A stretch of DNA of 64,000 nt, from positions 1,526,753 through 1,590,752 of the forward strand of contig CM119270.1 of NCBI GenBank assembly GCA_051294375.1, written 5' to 3'. The notes below the pieces were generated by a model. The model did not search any database. It was not told where the DNA came from and was given only the letters and a program-made list of their open reading frames with translations. Within the stretch, counting starts at the first letter, position 1, and each line of letters starts with the position of its first letter. This document shows positions 60,000 through 64,000 of the stretch, one piece after another. Made by a program: the position numbers and the translations under genes. The DNA comes from Paraspadella gotoi (lineage: Eukaryota; Animalia; Chaetognatha).

Positions 60000-62917
60000 A
60001 AAAAAATGGAAGGAGGTGAGAAATAAAAGTAATAAAAGAGTAAAGTGAAAAGAGGAGAGATAAGAATTGAAGGGGAAAAAAGGCACTGTTTTCCGAAAAC
60101 AACCCTTATTTGCTTTTCTATTTTTTAAACCTAAATATTCAACAATAACCTTTTAACAAATACTTAAAGTTTAATCCCTCATCAGGTAACCCTGACCTGT
60201 CCCGTAACAATGACCTCAAATCTAATACTTATCTTTCGCCTCTAAACTCATCATGCAAACCTAAAAACTTTTTGATTCAGAATTTAAGCGGAAATAGGCA
60301 GTTTTTTGAAAATATGGTAGGAAAGAATATCGGAATTATAAAGGGGAAAAAAAGAATAAAAGAAAAGAAGGAAGGCAGAAGATAAGAACAACGACGACAA
60401 CAACAACAACAACGAAAAGAAGAATATATCGATTTCGACAGAAAAAAAGGAAAAAAAAAATCGTTTCTTTCTCCAATTTAAATATTTTCTCCATCGAATA
60501 TAAAAACAAAACAAAACAAAACAATATTCATCTCTCGTTTCGCGTTTGTTTACATTTGTTTAGTTTTTTATGATTTCGTTTTTTTTTCAAATTACATGTA
60601 TGACAAAAACGAACAAACAAAGACAATCTCAAGGTACAGCGTTCAACGCTTATATCATCGCTTCTAAACTGTTTTTTCACCCTCTTTTCTTGACAGATTA
60701 ATTATCCCGCATCCAAAAAGACTGTATTATTTCTTCTAATCAATCATTTAATCAATTAAACTACTAATACGCGTCGCCGCTACCGAACAAAAGAACAAAG
60801 AAAAAAAAACTACAATAATAATAATGATAATAATCATAAGACAAAGATAAACAATAATTAAAAACAAACAAAACAAAACAAAACAAAAAAAAAAACAAAA
60901 GTGGAAAACGAAAGTCAAACGCCCCCTTGACATTTAACAACAGTTAAAAAAAATCGAGATTAAAAAAAAAAAACGAAAAGATTTAAAAAACTAAATCCAC
61001 GACAACAACAACAACAACAATAACGACGACGACGCCAGTATTTTTTTTTCTCTCTCCTTTTGATCGAAGGTACAGTGAAAACCTATTTAAACTAGAGGAA
61101 ATTATTACAGATTTTTATCAGATTTTTATCAGATTTTATATTATTGAGTTTGTACGTATATGAAAAAAAATATAATTACCAAAATATCTATACTTATTAC
61201 GGTAATTGGGTTCAATTATCTTTCAGTGTCTTAAAGTATTGGACATAGGTTTAAAAATTGCCCCAATTTATTTTAAAATTTCGGATTAAATTGGTTTTTA
61301 TTAGGCAATAGATAAAGATTAGAATTATGAGTGGGGAGATTTGGATTAAGAATTAAGGTTTAGATAATAAGGATTAGATTTTTGGATTCGGATTAAGTTT
61401 ATGGGATTTGGTTACTAATTTGCTTAGAAAATAAATTTAAGTAAAGGAAATAACGGGCTTTCGTAAAAGAAAAGCCCCTTAAATGAATATCTAACTAATT
61501 ATTACAACGTTTTATTTCTGGTTTTCACTGGGAAACTTCTAATTTCTAAGAGCCTTTTTAATCCTCGACTGAAAAAAAAAGAAGAAAAAAAGTCAAAAGA
61601 GAAAAAGAAAAGAAATGAATTTCTAAGAAATCGCGCGATTTATATAAATAGATTTTTCAGCGATAAAAATTTACTTTTATTAAAAGACGAAGATTAAAAA
61701 AAGGAAAAAAAAGGAAAACAACTTATGAAAAAAAAGAAGGGAAGGGGAAGAAAAATGCTTTCCCGGGACCCGCGGCAACAACAACAACAACAACGTAGAG
61801 ACAGATTCGCTTCTCGGCGCTTCAAAATTATCCTTACACCCGCATACTGCAGCTTTTAAGGTGAGTTTGAGATTGATTGATTTAATGCTTGATTGATTGA
61901 TTGATTTGGTGATCGATGGATAAATGAGTGTTTGATTCAACGATTTATTGATTTATAGTTTGATTGACTGATTGATTGATTAATGTATAAAAACAAATCG
62001 CACTAGATATTTCGGGAAGATGAAATGGTTCACGTTTTTTGAAAAATAAACAAAGGAATTTTTGAAAAAAAAAACTATTTTTGTTTATTAACGAAAGCGT
62101 AAAAAGATGACTTTAAAATTCTTTTTTAAAAGATAAACAGTGTTTATTAAACACTTAATGAACATAAAATGCTTCTGCCATCAATGTGGAAAATTCTTAC
62201 TTTTCTGCTTCTAAGTTAATTCCATCTGGATTTTCCGTATCGAATTCCATTAAATTTCTAGATCCACTTTTTCGCTTATGATTTTCTTCCATTTTGATTT
62301 CTCATTTTATTTTCTGCATCTGAGACTTTCGCTTCTAATTCCATTAAATTTCCACATCACACATCACACCCGCTTCTAAGTCGTTCCATTCCGTTTCCGC
62401 TTCTAATTCCACTCCTGCTATCGATTCCATTTCTCTCGGTTTCGCTCCATCAAATCTTTAAGTCACCAGAAACAAAAGAGCATCAAGATTGAATGGAAAG
62501 ACCGAAGACGACGACGACGACGACGACAATGGAGATGACGATGATGAAGACAACAATGACGACGGTGAAGACGACGATAATAAAGACGACGACGACGATG
62601 ATGACGACTCTGAACAACAAAGTTGGCCATTCAATATTCAATCTCATTTCGGAATTCATTCTTGAATGCATTCACAACTGACTCACGGTTTTTCTGACAT
62701 TCGTTCATAATTCATCAATTCGTTTGATTAACTCCTCTTTCATTAAACACAAAAAGAAAAAAAAGAAAAGAAAAAAGATATTAAATGAAAATAAGGATTG
62801 GATTCTGTTGCGTCCGAGAAATTCATGAGCAGCAAAAAAAGGGCTGGAAGTGGGTTGACTTGGCTTCTTTTCCTAATGGCCAATGGAATAGATGGAGCAT
62901 AGAGGGAGAGAGAGAGA

Positions 62918-62997
<80 letters not shown>

Positions 62998-63123
62998 CTT
63001 ATGACTCTGTATTCAATAAGTTCTTGTGATGACTAGTGATACTTATCTTTTTTTTTCCATCTTTGAGCGATCAACCTTTTCTGTTCCGCCAAAAAACAAT
63101 CTTCATTTTTCTTATTGTAGAAA

Positions 63124-63514
63124 AAAACAAGTTTGAGCAAACAATGTCGGATCTGCCTACGATAATTAATTAATTAATTGATTAATTAATTAATTATAGA
63201 TTAATTAATTAATTAATAGATTAATTAATTAATTAATTAATAGAATTAATTATAATTATATTCAGCTTGTTCATCATCGATGTCCTTAAAATTATTATGT
63301 GTTTTATTCGTTTACAACAATTAGTTGAAACAGTACATTCAAAAGGGCATGCAGCATTACAGATAAACGCATAAATTGTACAGTTTACAATTCAACAAAA
63401 TATAAATATTTAAATTGAGTCAGGACAGTTATTAAATGTTTTGTTTTACAATTTTATCAAACAAACAAATATCCTCTATTATCGAGCCAGGCGGGCAAAG
63501 CCCGTCCTGTCTAG
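63124..63514 (+). mobile_element. Short Helitron/HINE-like non-autonomous element
   Basis: The 5' ~45 bp (aacaagtttgagcaaacaatgtcggatctgcctacgataattaa) is identical to ~36278-36321. Internal (TAAT)n tract. 3' hairpin CAGGCGGGC-AAA-GCCCGTCCTG followed by CTAG at 63511-63514. Confidence 0.6.
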
Positions 63515-63858
63515 ATTTTTTTTCGGTTTAACTTTCGGTCTCGCTTTTTTGCAATCCATGGCTTCTGAAAGTGTGATATCATAGGGAGTTGATTTTCATA
63601 TATGGCTTCTAAATCATCAAGATCTTTAAAATTCTCATGTTTCATATCAATATTGTATTGTTTATGTTTTATTTACAAAACAAAAACGTTTTAATTATAT
63701 GTCGCTCTCTCTCTCTCATCCTTTTTCTCCGTCACTGCTTCTTCTAAAAACGAGTTCCGGCTCTGCAGCGTCTGTCCAGCTTCTTTTTCTCTCTCTCTCT
63801 CTCTCTCTTTTTTTTTTACAAAACAATTTTTAGATATAATGTGGGTTCACTAATGTAA

Positions 63859-63940
63859 AAAACGATGCCGCGAACAGGGCGCGAACCCGGTCCTTTGGGT
63901 AGAGAATAGCTCACGCTACGTGCGGCGCCATAAGTACTGC
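63859..63940 (-). mobile_element. tRNA-like SINE head or tRNA pseudogene
   Basis: Minus strand TGGCGCCGCACGTAGC (A-box-like), then GGGTTCGCGCCC (imperfect B box), then TTTTTT. No clean cloverleaf. Confidence 0.4.
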
Positions 63941-64000
63941 TGATTCTTTAACGAGTAAAGGGGCTGTAGAGCTTCTCTCTCTCTCTCTCTTTTAATTATT

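Noticed and set aside
61725-62665. Possible plus-strand exons (donor AAG|GTGAGT at 61861; Asp-rich tract 62500-62610)
   Set aside because: The ATG frame stops before the donor and the Asp tract is a (GAC)n microsatellite, so no consistent model could be built.

Overview
AT-rich, microsatellite-dense eukaryotic DNA, probably from an invertebrate (inference), in a gapped and error-prone assembly. Most ORFs in the supplied track are (GA)n/(GAC)n artefacts. Manual splicing recovers several intron-containing genes: a minus-strand MARF1/limkain-b1-like NYN-domain gene with a degenerate active site (653-2126, second copy ~18150-19050); two tandem minus-strand Frizzled-CRD-only secreted-protein genes (29063-30898 and ~32410-35861); a trypsin-fold serine protease homolog lacking all three catalytic residues (41800-42663); a duplicated C-type-lectin-like gene (~40100-40720, ~46200-46773); a Cys/Gly-rich exon (48369-48756); and a multi-exon SH3-domain gene (53383-59486). 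Mobile elements include a Ty3/Gypsy-like LTR-gag-protease fragment (11930-15628), a 2.3-kb TIR element whose empty site is also in the window (15716-18025), a 1.9-kb element with an 8-bp TSD sitting on a splice acceptor (32554-34421), Helitron/HINE-like ends and tRNA-derived SINE-like heads. Large internal duplications may be haplotypes or assembly artefacts. All calls come from reading by eye; no database search was run, and no clearly novel multi-gene system could be established.
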